NCBI GenBank assembly: GCA_963727895.1
Contig: CAVSHT010000005.1
Span: forward strand, 32,001-96,000
Direction: 5' to 3'
DNA: 64,000 nt
Source of the DNA: an uncultured Methanosarcinaceae archaeon
GTDB lineage: Archaea; Halobacteriota; Methanosarcinia; Methanosarcinales; Methanosarcinaceae
The position numbers and the translations under genes were made by a program. Positions 44,126 through 56,352 of this stretch are shown in pieces. Every line of letters starts with the position of its first letter. Position 1 is the stretch's first letter. Under the pieces are notes generated by a model, which searched no databases, was not told the DNA's origin, and saw nothing but the letters and a program-made list of their open reading frames with translations.

Positions 44126-45007
44126 TTAATCAAATTTCTGTTCAGCTTCAAAATTTTGTTTTGCAGCAGGCTTTTTTTCAGTCTCTGATTCTTTTTCGGA
44201 TTTGAATTTATTATTTTTTGCTTGAAACTCTGATTTCTCTTCATTTCTCAACGGCTCTTTCAAAATTTCATCAACACTTTTTCCCAAAGATGTGAGGTAA
44301 TCTGCAATGCTCCATGAAACTTTTTGCCCTTCTGCACTTAATTCGATACCACTGATAATGTCCGGTGCGGTCTCGAACCTGGGTTGAGTTTCTATATTCA
44401 GAGTTTCTTTAATTGTCTTTTTTATCAAATCTCGCTGTTCTTGTGTAAGATCGAATGCAGTACGGATAAAAACCTGATTTGGCGATGCATTAAGCACTGA
44501 GACTAACTGCTTCTTTTCTTCAGATTTCAGGTCACGAAACCTTTGAACAAACACTTCAACTGCTCTTTCTTCCAAACTGGTTCCAGCTAAATCGGTCAAT
44601 ACCTTTCGCGTTATGTTAAAGACTTCCTGCTGGGTTCGGCTCCTTATTTCCTGACTTAAATGCTGTTCTTCGTTCCTTAATGCTTCCTGCTGTTTTGTTT
44701 TCATATCTGAGGCTTCTTTTCGTACCTCTTCAAAAAGTAGCTGTCGTTCAGCTTTTGCTTCTTCCTTTGCTTTGTTCAAAAGATCATTGCGCTGTTGCTC
44801 GAACTCATCGTTCTTACGTTTGAATTCTTCTTTCTCTTTTTGCGCTTCTGCTTCTTTTTCATCGGCACTAGCAAGTTCATCTGCCACCTTTTTCTCACGT
44901 GCATCAATGGCATTGAGAATGGGCTTATAGAGGACGTGCTTAAGCAGCCATACCAGTATGAGAAAGTTGAATATCTGTGCAATGACGGTAAACCAATCGA
45001 TCAGCAT
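44126..45007 (-). CDS. atpF: N-ATPase subunit b (long, with a delta-like C-terminal region)
   Basis: [25 protein letters not shown] helix, coiled coil and IISGIEL...[10 protein letters not shown]. Confidence 0.93.
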   Translation of the reverse strand: MLIDWFTVIAQIFNFLILVWLLKHVLYKPILNAIDAREKKVADELASADEKEAEAQKEKEEFKRKNDEFEQQRNDLLNKAKEEAKAERQLLFEEVRKEASDMKTKQQEALRNEEQHLSQEIRSRTQQEVFNITRKVLTDLAGTSLEERAVEVFVQRFRDLKSEEKKQLVSVLNASPNQVFIRTAFDLTQEQRDLIKKTIKETLNIETQPRFETAPDIISGIELSAEGQKVSWSIADYLTSLGKSVDEILKEPLRNEEKSEFQAKNNKFKSEKESETEKKPAAKQNFEAEQKFD

Positions 45008-45027
45008 AGGCTATTTTCCTCTGAAGC

Positions 45028-45303
45028 TCAGGGAATTGCTTTATTCCAGAACGGGTTGGCAAAGATCAGAATCATCGATACAACAAAACAATAGATGGAC
45101 AGAGATTCAATCATAGCCAGACCCACAAATAAGGTCCTGGTAATGGTCGCCGAAGCATCAGGTTGCTGTGCCAGTGAACTAAGAGCCGTTGCAACAGCTC
45201 TCCCTTCTCCAATTGCGGGTCCGATAACTCCAATACCTATTGTGATGCCAGAGGTGGCAATTGATGCCACAGCAATTGTAGTTGTATAAGTGTCCAAAAC
45301 CAT
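45028..45303 (-). CDS. atpE: N-ATPase subunit c
   Basis: GPAIGEGRA, AQQPD loop and MIESLSIY. Confidence 0.96.
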   Translation of the reverse strand: MVLDTYTTTIAVASIATSGITIGIGVIGPAIGEGRAVATALSSLAQQPDASATITRTLFVGLAMIESLSIYCFVVSMILIFANPFWNKAIP

Positions 45304-45340
45304 AGTGCTTCCTTCTGTTGTTTGAGTTGTTTTTCAATTC

Positions 45341-46027
45341 TTATCCAGTTTCACTTCTGGACTTGCTGGTTCGTGTGGCTGCAGCAATGTAAACTGTGGC
45401 CAGAATACTGAAGATATAGGCCTGCACCATTCCAATGAGCAGACCGAGAGCGATCATAAGATCTGGAAAGATGAATGGTGTGATTGTAAGCAAAATGGCA
45501 ACGATCATCGAGCCGCTCATGATGTTACCAAACAGACGAATTGCAAGAGCTAATGTGCGGGAGATTTCACTTATAATGTTAAATGGCAGCATGATGATTG
45601 TTGGCTCTGTATATGTCTTAAGGTAGTTACTGACTCCCTGTTCTTCTATACCAAAAAGCGGTACAGCTACAAACACACATAATGCTAATGCAGCTGTGGT
45701 TGAGAGAGATCCTGTTGGGGGTTCATATCCAGGAATAATTATGCAAAGGTTAGCCATACCAATGAATAGAAAAAGCGTCCCCAGAAAACCTAGATATTTT
45801 TTCGGCTGATCCAGACCCACGTCTTCAATTTGTGCTAAAATACCTGTGACAACAATTTCCAAAATATTTTGCCAGCGAGAACGTTCTAGACCTGTAGAGA
45901 GTTTGCTTGTAATGATTTTTGAACCAACTGCCATTACCAGCATCAGTACCCATGTGTATACAATCGTCGCATTGAGTTTGATAAAGCCATATTGCCAGAA
46001 AATGAGCTCATCTGGACTAAGTCGCAT
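45341..46027 (-). CDS. atpB: N-ATPase subunit a
   Basis: PPTGSLSTTAALA, SRTLALAIRLFGN and VQAYIFSIL. Confidence 0.96.
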   Translation of the reverse strand: MRLSPDELIFWQYGFIKLNATIVYTWVLMLVMAVGSKIITSKLSTGLERSRWQNILEIVVTGILAQIEDVGLDQPKKYLGFLGTLFLFIGMANLCIIIPGYEPPTGSLSTTAALALCVFVAVPLFGIEEQGVSNYLKTYTEPTIIMLPFNIISEISRTLALAIRLFGNIMSGSMIVAILLTITPFIFPDLMIALGLLIGMVQAYIFSILATVYIAAATRTSKSRSETG

Positions 46028-46331
46028 TACTTGCCTCCTTTATCAGTTGATCTGGATCTTCCTCTGGCAATCTAGTGAATCTAACTATTATATGGCGCAT
46101 AACAAAAAACCCAAAAAGGCATATTAACAGCCTTTCCCAATGTCCGTCTGAAACAAGATAGAATCCAGCTATAGCAGTGCCATTACGCATCAACAGGCTG
46201 CCTAGGAACCAAAAAGCAGATTTTCTGGACGAAAGTCCCTTCTGAACCGTCCACCAAAGTCCGCCGAAGAAAATAGCTCCAAGCAAAAAGCCAGCTATTA
46301 AAGCCAGGATAAGATTCAAAATTTCATTCAT
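46017..46331 (-). CDS. N-ATPase subunit AtpR (ATP synthase I-like)
   Basis: GAIFFGGLWWTV membrane protein located between atpQ and atpB. Start ATG 46331 overlaps the upstream stop. Confidence 0.85.
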   Translation of the reverse strand: MNEILNLILALIAGFLLGAIFFGGLWWTVQKGLSSRKSAFWFLGSLLMRNGTAIAGFYLVSDGHWERLLICLFGFFVMRHIIVRFTRLPEEDPDQLIKEASNAT

Positions 46332-46651
46332 TGTAATCCTCCTGTTCTTCTTGCATTTCCTTATGCTCTTTAGATACCCAACGCCATGCATTCAAGCAGC
46401 CAATAATAAGACCGATAATAAGCATCGTAAGTGTCCAGGAAAAGCTTGCTGGATAGTGTTTGTCTAACCAGAGCCCAAGTGCAGTACCAACCAGGGTTGG
46501 AACTGCTACCGACCAGCCTATGAGCCCCATCATGCCTAAACCAAGCCAGACCGTTCGGTCCACATGACGTTGTGCTCTGAGTTTGCGTTCAACTTTTGTT
46601 CCAACCTGACGGATTAGAGATGAATCGTCCTTCAAGGGTTTCTGTTTCCGA

Positions 46652-46659
<8 letters not shown>
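46324..46659 (-). CDS. AtpZ/AtpI-family protein (N-ATPase AtpQ)
   Basis: GLGMMGLIGWSVAVPTLVG..LGLWLD...GCLNAWRWV. Confidence 0.9.
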
Positions 46660-48476
<1,817 letters not shown>

Positions 48477-48971
48477 TTAACAGCTCTCCCCATGCTGTAT
48501 TATGTTAAGTTTTCAAGTTCGTTTTTAAGGCATGATTCCAAGAATTGAACATATAAATAAATTTACTTTTAGCCTTAGGCAATAAAGCACATAACGATCA
48601 TTAATACTAGAAACATAGAATAGAATCAGGTATCAAGTAATTTAACTTTGTAAAATAATTACTGTATGCTTGTAAGCAGTTCTATCAGTGATTAATTTAG
48701 TCTTTGTTCCCCCTTCCTATTAAGAAATATATCATTTTAATATATCAATTTGACTTTTATATTATTTTCTAGTAAAATCCAAAATAAGGTTTATTACCAA
48801 ATTTAGAAATTTAATTATTTTATTTGGGGAGCTTTCAGTCTTCTGTATCAGAAAACTTTTTTGTAACCATGCAGTGTTATTCTTCTGATAAAGTCCTGTA
48901 GATATTATAACTCTAAAAAGACAATCTAAAAATTAATTCTTTTTGAAATATATAAAAAGCAGAAAATTTAG

Positions 48972-49065
48972 CGGGCCCGCCGCGATTCGAACACGAGTCA
49001 ATGGGTATCTTCGTAATATTCTTACTTCGAAGCCCATTAGGATATCCTGGCTACCCTACGAGCCC
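48972..49065 (-). tRNA. tRNA-Arg(TCG) with a 20-nt intron at 37/38 (intron 49007-49026)
   Basis: Acceptor GGGCTCG/CGGGCCC, anticodon stem ATGGG/CCCAT, CT-TCG-A loop and TTCGAAT T-loop. Canonical bulge-helix-bulge (CTTC/GAAG helix; GAA and ATA bulges). CCA not encoded. Confidence 0.95.
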
Positions 49066-49647
49066 ACAGTGCAGCACTATTGATAGAAGCTATCCATATT
49101 AAACTTTTCTGTCAAATTAAGGCATTAGGAAGTTAAATCCGGGAACGAAACAGAGCAAGAGTAATATGGAAGATTATGAAAAGAAGGCAGAATTACTGGA
49201 AGAAGTTAAGATCGTGATTGAGAAGAGATCCTCCTGAAAACTTATGTACAAAGGATTTTGATTGAACAAAGATACCGAAGTGACTAAAAATATATATAAA
49301 GTGGGACAGATTATCAATACATGGTAAAGAAAGTGAAACAGATATACATTCATGAGATTTATAAGAAAATGATAAAGGAACATGAATAACACAATATCAT
49401 AATTTTCTGACAATCAAATGGTAAAATTAGAGTTGAGCCGTTAAGATAAAACAACTTTATGTTTAAAGTTGCGTTGACGTAAACATAAAAAGGACTTTTA
49501 AGCATACCGTTTTCAAACATCACTTCATTTGGAGATAATTTGATTAGTTTCAAATTAATTGTCTTATTTTTCAAATTAATGAATTCAATTATTTCGTACG
49601 GGGAAAGCTGTAAAGATGAGATCCCGAAAAAGTGAGGATTTTTAAAA

Positions 49648-50367
49648 ATGGAGAGGATTTCAACAGGTATAGAAGAACTTGATAGGAAGCTGAGTGGAGG
49701 TTATCCTGCAAATAAAGTAACTCTTATAACAGGTATAGCAGGAACCGGAAAAACAATCTTCGGAATCCATTTCATTTACAGGAATTGTCTTGAAGGCAAA
49801 AAATGTATGATTATTGCAACTGAGGAAACTCCTGAAGACATCCTTTATCAAGCAAGCATGTTAGGGCGCGACCTTACACCATATTATGAAAGCGGACAGC
49901 TTGTCATGGAAAATATACTTGAGAGTCGCTCGGAAATAATAGGACAGACCAGATACGGGTTCAAGCCCGAAAGTTTGGATATTGAAATTCCCAATTTGAT
50001 AGAACTAATAAGTGAAGGAACTGAATGCCTGGTTATAGATAATATAGGTACCTTTGCTCTAAGAGTATCTATAAAGAAACTTAGAGATCAGTTTGATGCT
50101 CTAAATTACCTCGTGAGAAAAAAAGGTTGTACTACTCTTTTAATTATGGACGAGTCCGCATACAACATAACTCATCAGCTTGCTGAGTACTCGGTATATG
50201 GATCTATCCGTCTGTTAGTAAGAGAAAATTCGTATCTTGGTAAGATGGAACGATATCTGTGCATGTCCAAGATGCGCAGTACCCCTATTTCTCCTGAGAT
50301 GTCTCTTTTTGAAATTACGTCCGAAGGGATAAATATTCGTGAATCTGGAGGGGGAAATCTTGCTTAG
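49648..50367 (+). CDS. KaiC/RAD55-family single-domain RecA-superfamily ATPase
   Basis: MERISTGIEELDRKLSGG, GIAGTGKT, IATEE, LVIDN and SKMRST...FEITSEGI. Confidence 0.92.
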   Translation: MERISTGIEELDRKLSGGYPANKVTLITGIAGTGKTIFGIHFIYRNCLEGKKCMIIATEETPEDILYQASMLGRDLTPYYESGQLVMENILESRSEIIGQTRYGFKPESLDIEIPNLIELISEGTECLVIDNIGTFALRVSIKKLRDQFDALNYLVRKKGCTTLLIMDESAYNITHQLAEYSVYGSIRLLVRENSYLGKMERYLCMSKMRSTPISPEMSLFEITSEGINIRESGGGNLA

Positions 50368-50625
50368 TGAAAAAAGAAAACCAAAAATCCTTATTTTCGA
50401 TGACATTCCTGAAAATATAGAGCTTGTAGAAGCTTGCCTTTCAATGGAGCCCTATGACATTGTTACTGCCAGCGGCGGGAAAGAAGCTATGCAGATACTG
50501 AAGGAAGAAAATCTCGATATGATCCTTCTGGATGTCATAATGCCTGAAGTAAGTGGCTATGAAGTCTGTAAAATTGTCAAAACCAATCCTGAAACCCAGT
50601 TTATTCCGGTTTTGATGCTCACTGC
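50360..50625 (+). pseudogene. Response-regulator receiver domain truncated by IS6
   Basis: ILIFDD...DMILLDVIMPEVSGYEVC...IPVLMLTA, then the IS TIR; the conserved Lys region is lost. The TTG start overlaps the ATPase stop. Confidence 0.9.
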
Positions 50626-51482
50626 GGTTCCGTTGCAAAAAATCTCAGAATAAGCATGTAAATCCATAATCAATAACCAAAAGTACAAATATTCAAAAAG
50701 ATGTGTCAATATTATAGAACTATTCCAAATAATTGATTAATATATTTAGCTTCATTAAAGCCAGAGTAATTTAGGTTTTTGATTTGTCCTTTTTTAATCA
50801 TATTCATAGCTTCAATTCCTTTTAAAGTCTTAATAGCTGTGTTAAAAGACTGAAATCCTAACATTGGATTAACTATTCGTTTAATGGATCTATGATCTTG
50901 TTCTATAATGTTATTCAAATACTTGATTTGTCGAATGCCTACGTTTATAGGTAGTATTTTATCATTTTTCAGTTTATCTATAGCAGGTGGATAAGCTGGA
51001 TTTTTATCAACTGTGATTACTCTTGGAATTTGATTATGATTAGAATTCAAAGCTTTCTTAAAGAAACGTTTTGCTGCTTTTTGATCTCGTTTTGCACTTA
51101 ACATGAAATCAATTGTATCTCCATTTGAGTCAACTGCTCGGTAAAAATATTTCCATTTACCTTTAACTCTGATGTAAGTTTCATCAACTCTCCAAGAGTC
51201 GTTTGTTGGTCTTAAATGCCTTCTTACCTTCTTTTCGATTTCAGGAGAGTATTGATGTACCCATCTCATGATAGTACTGTGATCAACTTCTACTCCCCTC
51301 TCTGCCATCATTTCCTCTAAATTTCTATAACTTACTGGATATTTTAGGTACCATCTGACGTTTAATAAAATGATTTCTCCTTCGTAATGTTTCCACTTAA
51401 AGGAATTAGATAGCATATTATCGTTCTATTGATTTTCTCCTTATTCAATTGAATCCTTATTATGATTTTTTGCAACAGAACC
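50626..51482 (-). mobile_element. IS6-family element, copy C (857 bp, no TSD)
   Basis: Same TIRs; flanks CTCACTGC and GTAAAAAG differ. Confidence 0.96.
50712..51416 (-). CDS. IS6-family transposase
   Basis: Protein identical to copy A. Confidence 0.96.
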   Translation of the reverse strand: MLSNSFKWKHYEGEIILLNVRWYLKYPVSYRNLEEMMAERGVEVDHSTIMRWVHQYSPEIEKKVRRHLRPTNDSWRVDETYIRVKGKWKYFYRAVDSNGDTIDFMLSAKRDQKAAKRFFKKALNSNHNQIPRVITVDKNPAYPPAIDKLKNDKILPINVGIRQIKYLNNIIEQDHRSIKRIVNPMLGFQSFNTAIKTLKGIEAMNMIKKGQIKNLNYSGFNEAKYINQLFGIVL

Positions 51483-51997
51483 GTAAAAAGATTTTGTTGA
51501 TTTTTTAGCTTGACTACGGATTACATATTTCTCGTTAGATGAATCTGTTTTTCCATAATAAGGATCGTTAGTGAGATCAATGGCAAATTCATAGCTTTTA
51601 CCTTTTTTGAGAGTTTTTAGAGGATATTTAAGGAGAATATTTTCATTGGATCTTATCAGCTCTTCCATGTTTAGTTTTTTGAGATGGTATCTCAAGGATG
51701 TTTCACAAGCAACGTAAGAATACTGCTTTGAAACAGAGTGAACAGAACTTTTGTTTACTGCCATATTCACAACAGTACGAATAACGTCTTCACTTGTAAG
51801 TGAACCATTGATCTTGAGGGTTATATGAGATGTGAGAGGTTCTAAGACAGAATCAATACAGTATTTTGACTTTAATTCCATTTTAAAGCTATATAAACCT
51901 TTAAATGGTAAAAAAGACTTCGGTGGCACTTTTCATTGTATATGTAGGTATCGAAAAGCCTACGTAATGGGGGAAACGAAAAATTAGCGAACTACTG
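51483..51997 (-). mobile_element. ISH3-family element remnant (left end plus N-terminal transposase), cut by IS6
   Basis: Minus-strand end CAGTAGTTCGCTAA; ...CETSLRYHLKKL...FAIDLTNDPYYG...SQAKKST.SFY. Confidence 0.8.
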
Positions 51998-52459
51998 AAG
52001 TTGGCTGTGAAATGCTGGGAACTAATTCCCGAATTAATAGAAGAATTAGAAAAAGTTCAGAACCACTAAGTTAACTATATCAATATGCACTAATCTTTAT
52101 TTAGAGTTAAAATATATATTATTAAAGTTATAATATTTAATTCATAATCTACAAAGAGAAGTGAATATTAAAATTCCCACTATTTTTTAATTCGACCTAT
52201 TTTATGAGGGTTATTTTCACGTAATCTCTTTTTTGACGTTTTCAAACTCTTTTATGGCTCCGTTAACTACATAGAATTCAAAAAGCAACTGCATAGATAA
52301 TTAAAGCACTTGATAGAACTTCATATAGATGCTTTCAGTTTAACACATTCCAATTCCACCCCAATAAAAATAAAAATTACTTAACAGTTCTTTTTGATGA
52401 CAAAGCTCATATCCTTACATCTCCATATTTACTGGAGATAGAACCTGGGGGCATGAAGG

Positions 52460-53338
52460 ATTCTACCACTCGATGAAAACGAGGCTTTGGAACTAGGACT
52501 TACTTTAGTTGATGAAAAAAATGAACCCGAAATTAAAGAAGTTCTCTATTACCTTTCCGAGCTTGCACTGAAATATGCAAAAGAAAAGCTGGAAAGCGAT
52601 ACAAAAAGAGTAATCGAATATATTAAAAGGATAGGGAAAGCGGCAGCTACTGCCAGGCTTGAATCAGTTGTTGTCACGACTCTTCGAATTTATTCTCCTA
52701 TTATCAGAGAGGTATGCAGACAGCGAATGGACGATGCCTTTGTAAGCATAGCACTCTCATTTGGAGATATTGGAAAAGCTGCAGCAGAACAAAAAATGGA
52801 GATTCCCGCAAAAATCGCAGTTTCCTGTCTTGGAGAAATGGGAAATACAGCGGCATCCAGAAGAAATAAAAAGGGAACAATTGCAGTTATTTTTTCACTT
52901 GGAGAAATGGGAAAAAGCGTTACTTGGCAAAGGTTAGGAGATGTCGCAAACAATACAGCAACCATTCTTGGGGAGACTGGAAGGGTTGCAGCAAACCAGA
53001 AATTTGAGGATGCAGCATTAAATGCCGAGCTACTGCTACAGGAGATCGGAACTGGAGCAATCGAAAAAAATCTGAAAGAAACTGCGGGTATAAGTGTCCG
53101 TTCCATTCAGAACATCGGAAAAACTGCAGATAATCAGGGGCTTGACAAAGTTTTGCTCCAGGCAGCATATTCACTTGAAACGATTAAATTAAACGCCGAG
53201 GATCGATACCTGATGAATGCATCCATCATTGCAGAAGTCGCTCTCCTGCAATTTGAAAGATTGGAAATTCAGAGTCTAGAAGATAAGCTGAGTAAAATTC
53301 ATAGAGGTAAGAAGAAGTTCCCCGGCGCAGGTTTGTGA
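52460..53338 (+). CDS. 23-aa helical-repeat protein 1 (uncharacterised)
   Basis: Consecutive 23-aa units such as FGDIGKAAAEQKMEIPAKIAVSC and LGEMGNTAASRRNKKGTIAVIFS. Alignment with paralogues places the start at ATT 52460; the ORF-track start is TTG 52487. Confidence 0.85.
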   Translation: MLPLDENEALELGLTLVDEKNEPEIKEVLYYLSELALKYAKEKLESDTKRVIEYIKRIGKAAATARLESVVVTTLRIYSPIIREVCRQRMDDAFVSIALSFGDIGKAAAEQKMEIPAKIAVSCLGEMGNTAASRRNKKGTIAVIFSLGEMGKSVTWQRLGDVANNTATILGETGRVAANQKFEDAALNAELLLQEIGTGAIEKNLKETAGISVRSIQNIGKTADNQGLDKVLLQAAYSLETIKLNAEDRYLMNASIIAEVALLQFERLEIQSLEDKLSKIHRGKKKFPGAGL

Positions 53339-53489
53339 ACTTTTGTATCTCAGTTTAATGACTATTTATAAATACAAGCTTATATCTCAAATCACAATAC
53401 TTATCTTCTTTACAGAAAAAGAGTTCCAAAAAAATTATCTCGCTTTCAGGTGCTTTCCCGAGATGATATCTTTTAGTGGGGTGTTTTGA

Positions 53490-54323
53490 ATGTCTACTTT
53501 AAATGAGAACGGGGCAACAGACCTTGGGTTAACTTCGGTTAAGGATAATGATGAGCTTGGTGTATTACGATCTATAGATTTTCTTACGGAACGTGGGACT
53601 GAATACATAAATAAGAGACTCGAACCCGATGCAAAAAAGACCATTATCAGCATAAGAGATATAGGTAGTGCAGCTGTCTGTCAAAAAATGGAACTTGGGG
53701 TATTTTTATCATTATTATCTCTTGGAAAAATGTCTGAAATTGCAAGAGAGAAGAAAATGACTGATACTGGTTTAAGTATTCTTTACTCTCTTTATACAAT
53801 TGGAAAGGCAGCAGTTGGGCGAAATATGGAGTCAGCGGTCAGGATTGCAGTTGCATATCTTGGGGAAATTGCAAATTCGGCATCGCTCCAGAAGACCGAG
53901 AGAGAAGCTCTTGCTGCGACCCTAGCTATAGGATTGATAGGAAAAGAAACCTTTGGACAGCAAAGTATCCAGGTTCCGGAAAATGGAGGATTTTCTCCTC
54001 AAAAGCCCTGTTACCTTTTATCTCAACCTTGTAGAAAAGAGGCTATTATATATTATGGAGAATTTTCGAATATTTTCAACTTAGTTGTTCAACAGGAGGA
54101 CGAAGCAGATTTCCTTCAGTTTCCTGCTCTTTTGGAAAATGAATCCTCTTGTGTGGATTATACTGACTTTGAAAATTTAATAATAAAAGCTGCCAATTCT
54201 CTGGGAACGATGATTTTAGAAGTTAAAGAAAAATTTTTGATAAGCCATGTAATTATGACAAAGCTCGCTCTTGAAACTCTTAATGGATCTGAATATATAC
54301 ACGAAGCTGAATCTCTGGATTGA
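53490..54323 (+). CDS. 23-aa helical-repeat protein 2 (uncharacterised, with a non-repeat insert)
   Basis: IRDIGSAAVCQKMELGVFLSLLS / LGKMSEIAREKKMTDTGLSILYS / LYTIGKAAVGRNMESAVRIAVAY; GGGGTG RBS. Confidence 0.85.
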   Translation: MSTLNENGATDLGLTSVKDNDELGVLRSIDFLTERGTEYINKRLEPDAKKTIISIRDIGSAAVCQKMELGVFLSLLSLGKMSEIAREKKMTDTGLSILYSLYTIGKAAVGRNMESAVRIAVAYLGEIANSASLQKTEREALAATLAIGLIGKETFGQQSIQVPENGGFSPQKPCYLLSQPCRKEAIIYYGEFSNIFNLVVQQEDEADFLQFPALLENESSCVDYTDFENLIIKAANSLGTMILEVKEKFLISHVIMTKLALETLNGSEYIHEAESLD

Positions 54324-54753
54324 ATACTCTGAATGGATTTTATACATTTTTTCAAAAAGTTTCAACCTAGTTTTTGGTCAAAAGAATCCCCCAGATTTTC
54401 ACGTGAAGCTGTTGCACTGAAAATTCAAGCAAAGGGATTGATAAATGAATAGTTGAGCAATGACTTGCTCAGCAATAAATGCGAAAGATTTTACTATTTT
54501 TCAAATGATTAACTCACTGAATTACATGATCTTATTAGCTGCTTCTTTTTAATGAGCTGTCTCGACTATAAAATAGTAACACTAATAACCCCATAACTTC
54601 ATAGAATAAGCCAGAATCTATTTCCTGTGCACACTGTATGGTTTTAGCAATAATCTGAGGTTGATAATTGCGAATAAAACATACAGACAAGAAAAAGACA
54701 GCAGGGAAAATTTGAAGCTTAATGTTTAACTAATAACAAAAGGGGCAATAAGA

Positions 54754-55636
54754 ATGATTACATTAAACGAGACAGAAGCAGTTAAAGTAAGTTCATTTGC
54801 AGTTGAAGAAGGAGACGAAAGTAGAGCTTTCCAGACCCTGGATTCCCTTACAGGACATTGCTGCAGGTTTTATATCTGAAAAAAAAGAAGCGGACGCCGA
54901 AAGAGTTATTATATCAATTGAGAATTCTGCAAAAGCAGCTGCAGATAGAGATATGGAACTTGTTACTATTAATTCTGTTCTGTCCCTCGGAAAACTGGCA
55001 CGGAAAGCAGCAGATAATGGACTTGAGTCTGCTCTGGGCAGATCTCTTGTATCAACAGGAAAAATAGGAGAAGTTGCGGCTTCACATTCACTTGAAGCCG
55101 GTTCAAAGGTTGCTGCCACAACCCTTATGGAGATCTGGAATTTTCTCCGGAACAGTGGAATCAGGAAAATATAATTGCCTTTTCTTTACTCTTAAAAGAG
55201 ATCGGCACTTCTGCTGCCAGATGCGGATGGAGGACGTGTGCTCAGTGCAGTTACCGGTCTGGGAGAGATCGGGAAAAAGATTGCAGCAAAAAGCCTTGAA
55301 CTTGAAACTGTCAGCAGCCTGCTTTTGCTTGAGGAAATGGGAAAACTTGCGGCGGAAAATTACTTTGACGAAGCCCTGAGTTCAACAGCGCTTTCTATAG
55401 AAGAAATAGGAAAGATATCTTTAAAGAAAGGACTTAATGACGCGGTTTTGCAGTGTGAGTGGACACTTGAGACCCTGCGAGTTCAGGCTGAAGAAAAGCT
55501 TCTAAATAACTCTACAGTTGTAGCCGAACTGGCTCTAGATAATTTTGCAGACAACGGCTATACGGATTCTGAGGAGAAGGTGGAGAGATTCCAGGAAATA
55601 AAAGCCCTTCAGAAAAAAATCCAATCTACTCTGTAA
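54754..55636 (+). pseudogene. 23-aa helical-repeat protein 3 with several 1-nt frameshifts
   Basis: ATG 54754 MITLNETEAVKV...FQTLDS. Extra C at 54845-54847 and further shifts near 55145 and 55220-55240 link the 54797 and 55238 ORFs. Confidence 0.8.
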
Positions 55637-55879
55637 GTTAAGATTATAAATCTTACATGAGGTTATCCCAAAAAAGCATTCGTTTCAAAATCAGTATCTG
55701 AAGAAGCTATAGTATATTCTCGTGCACTCTTTAAAAATTTATTGATTAGTTGAAACCATAAGTTTTAAATAAATAATAACAGTAGTTCTTTTAAGCAAAT
55801 TGTTGTTCATAATAAAACTTGAGGTTTCAAAGTGAGTTTAATTCCGTTTCTCATGATTTGTATTTAGTGTATAACACAG

Positions 55880-55985
55880 TAGTCAGGTAGGAGGAAGGTA
55901 AGGAGTTGTAACCCCTCCCCCTACCACAGAGGTTGCTCTAACTCATGCAGGAGAATATGCCAGAAATCCTGCATAAGTTTTTTAC
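55880..55985. ncRNA. Candidate structured intergenic RNA
   Basis: GGTAGGAGGAAGG...CCCCTCCCCCTACC stem and ATGCAGGA/TCCTGCAT stem followed by T7, within otherwise very AT-rich DNA. Confidence 0.35.
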
Positions 55986-56352
55986 TCATATGATATATAT
56001 TATGCATGAAATGTATTTAACTTCTTCTATTTTGTTATACTGTTAAATCTTATGGTTTTTCCTTTTTAATTTCAAACAAAAATATAACTAAAGTATATAT
56101 GAGCAAATTAGACGAGTTTTTTATTAATTTCATAAGTTTTTTAGTATTTTCATGAATTTTTTGTTATCCTCATATATTATCTAAATGGTTTTATATTATA
56201 ATCTCTACTTTATTATTTGAAATAACAACTTTGAAGTTATAGTATATTTTTGAAAATATAGGAAGACTAATATCTGAGTAAACCTATATAAATGATTAAA
56301 TTCTTGAGAATCCAAATATTTTTTTGAAGGATTTTACTGAAAGGGGTTTTAA

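Noticed and set aside
48500..48972. Prophage or integrative element att site at tRNA-Arg
   Set aside because: No duplicate of the tRNA 3' end and no integrase gene seen in the window.
49166..49287. Possible small frameshifted gene MEDYEKKAELLEEVKIVIEK.../EILLKTYVQRILIEQRYRSD
   Set aside because: Looks coding but is short, needs a frameshift, and has no motif I can recognise; not supportable without a search.
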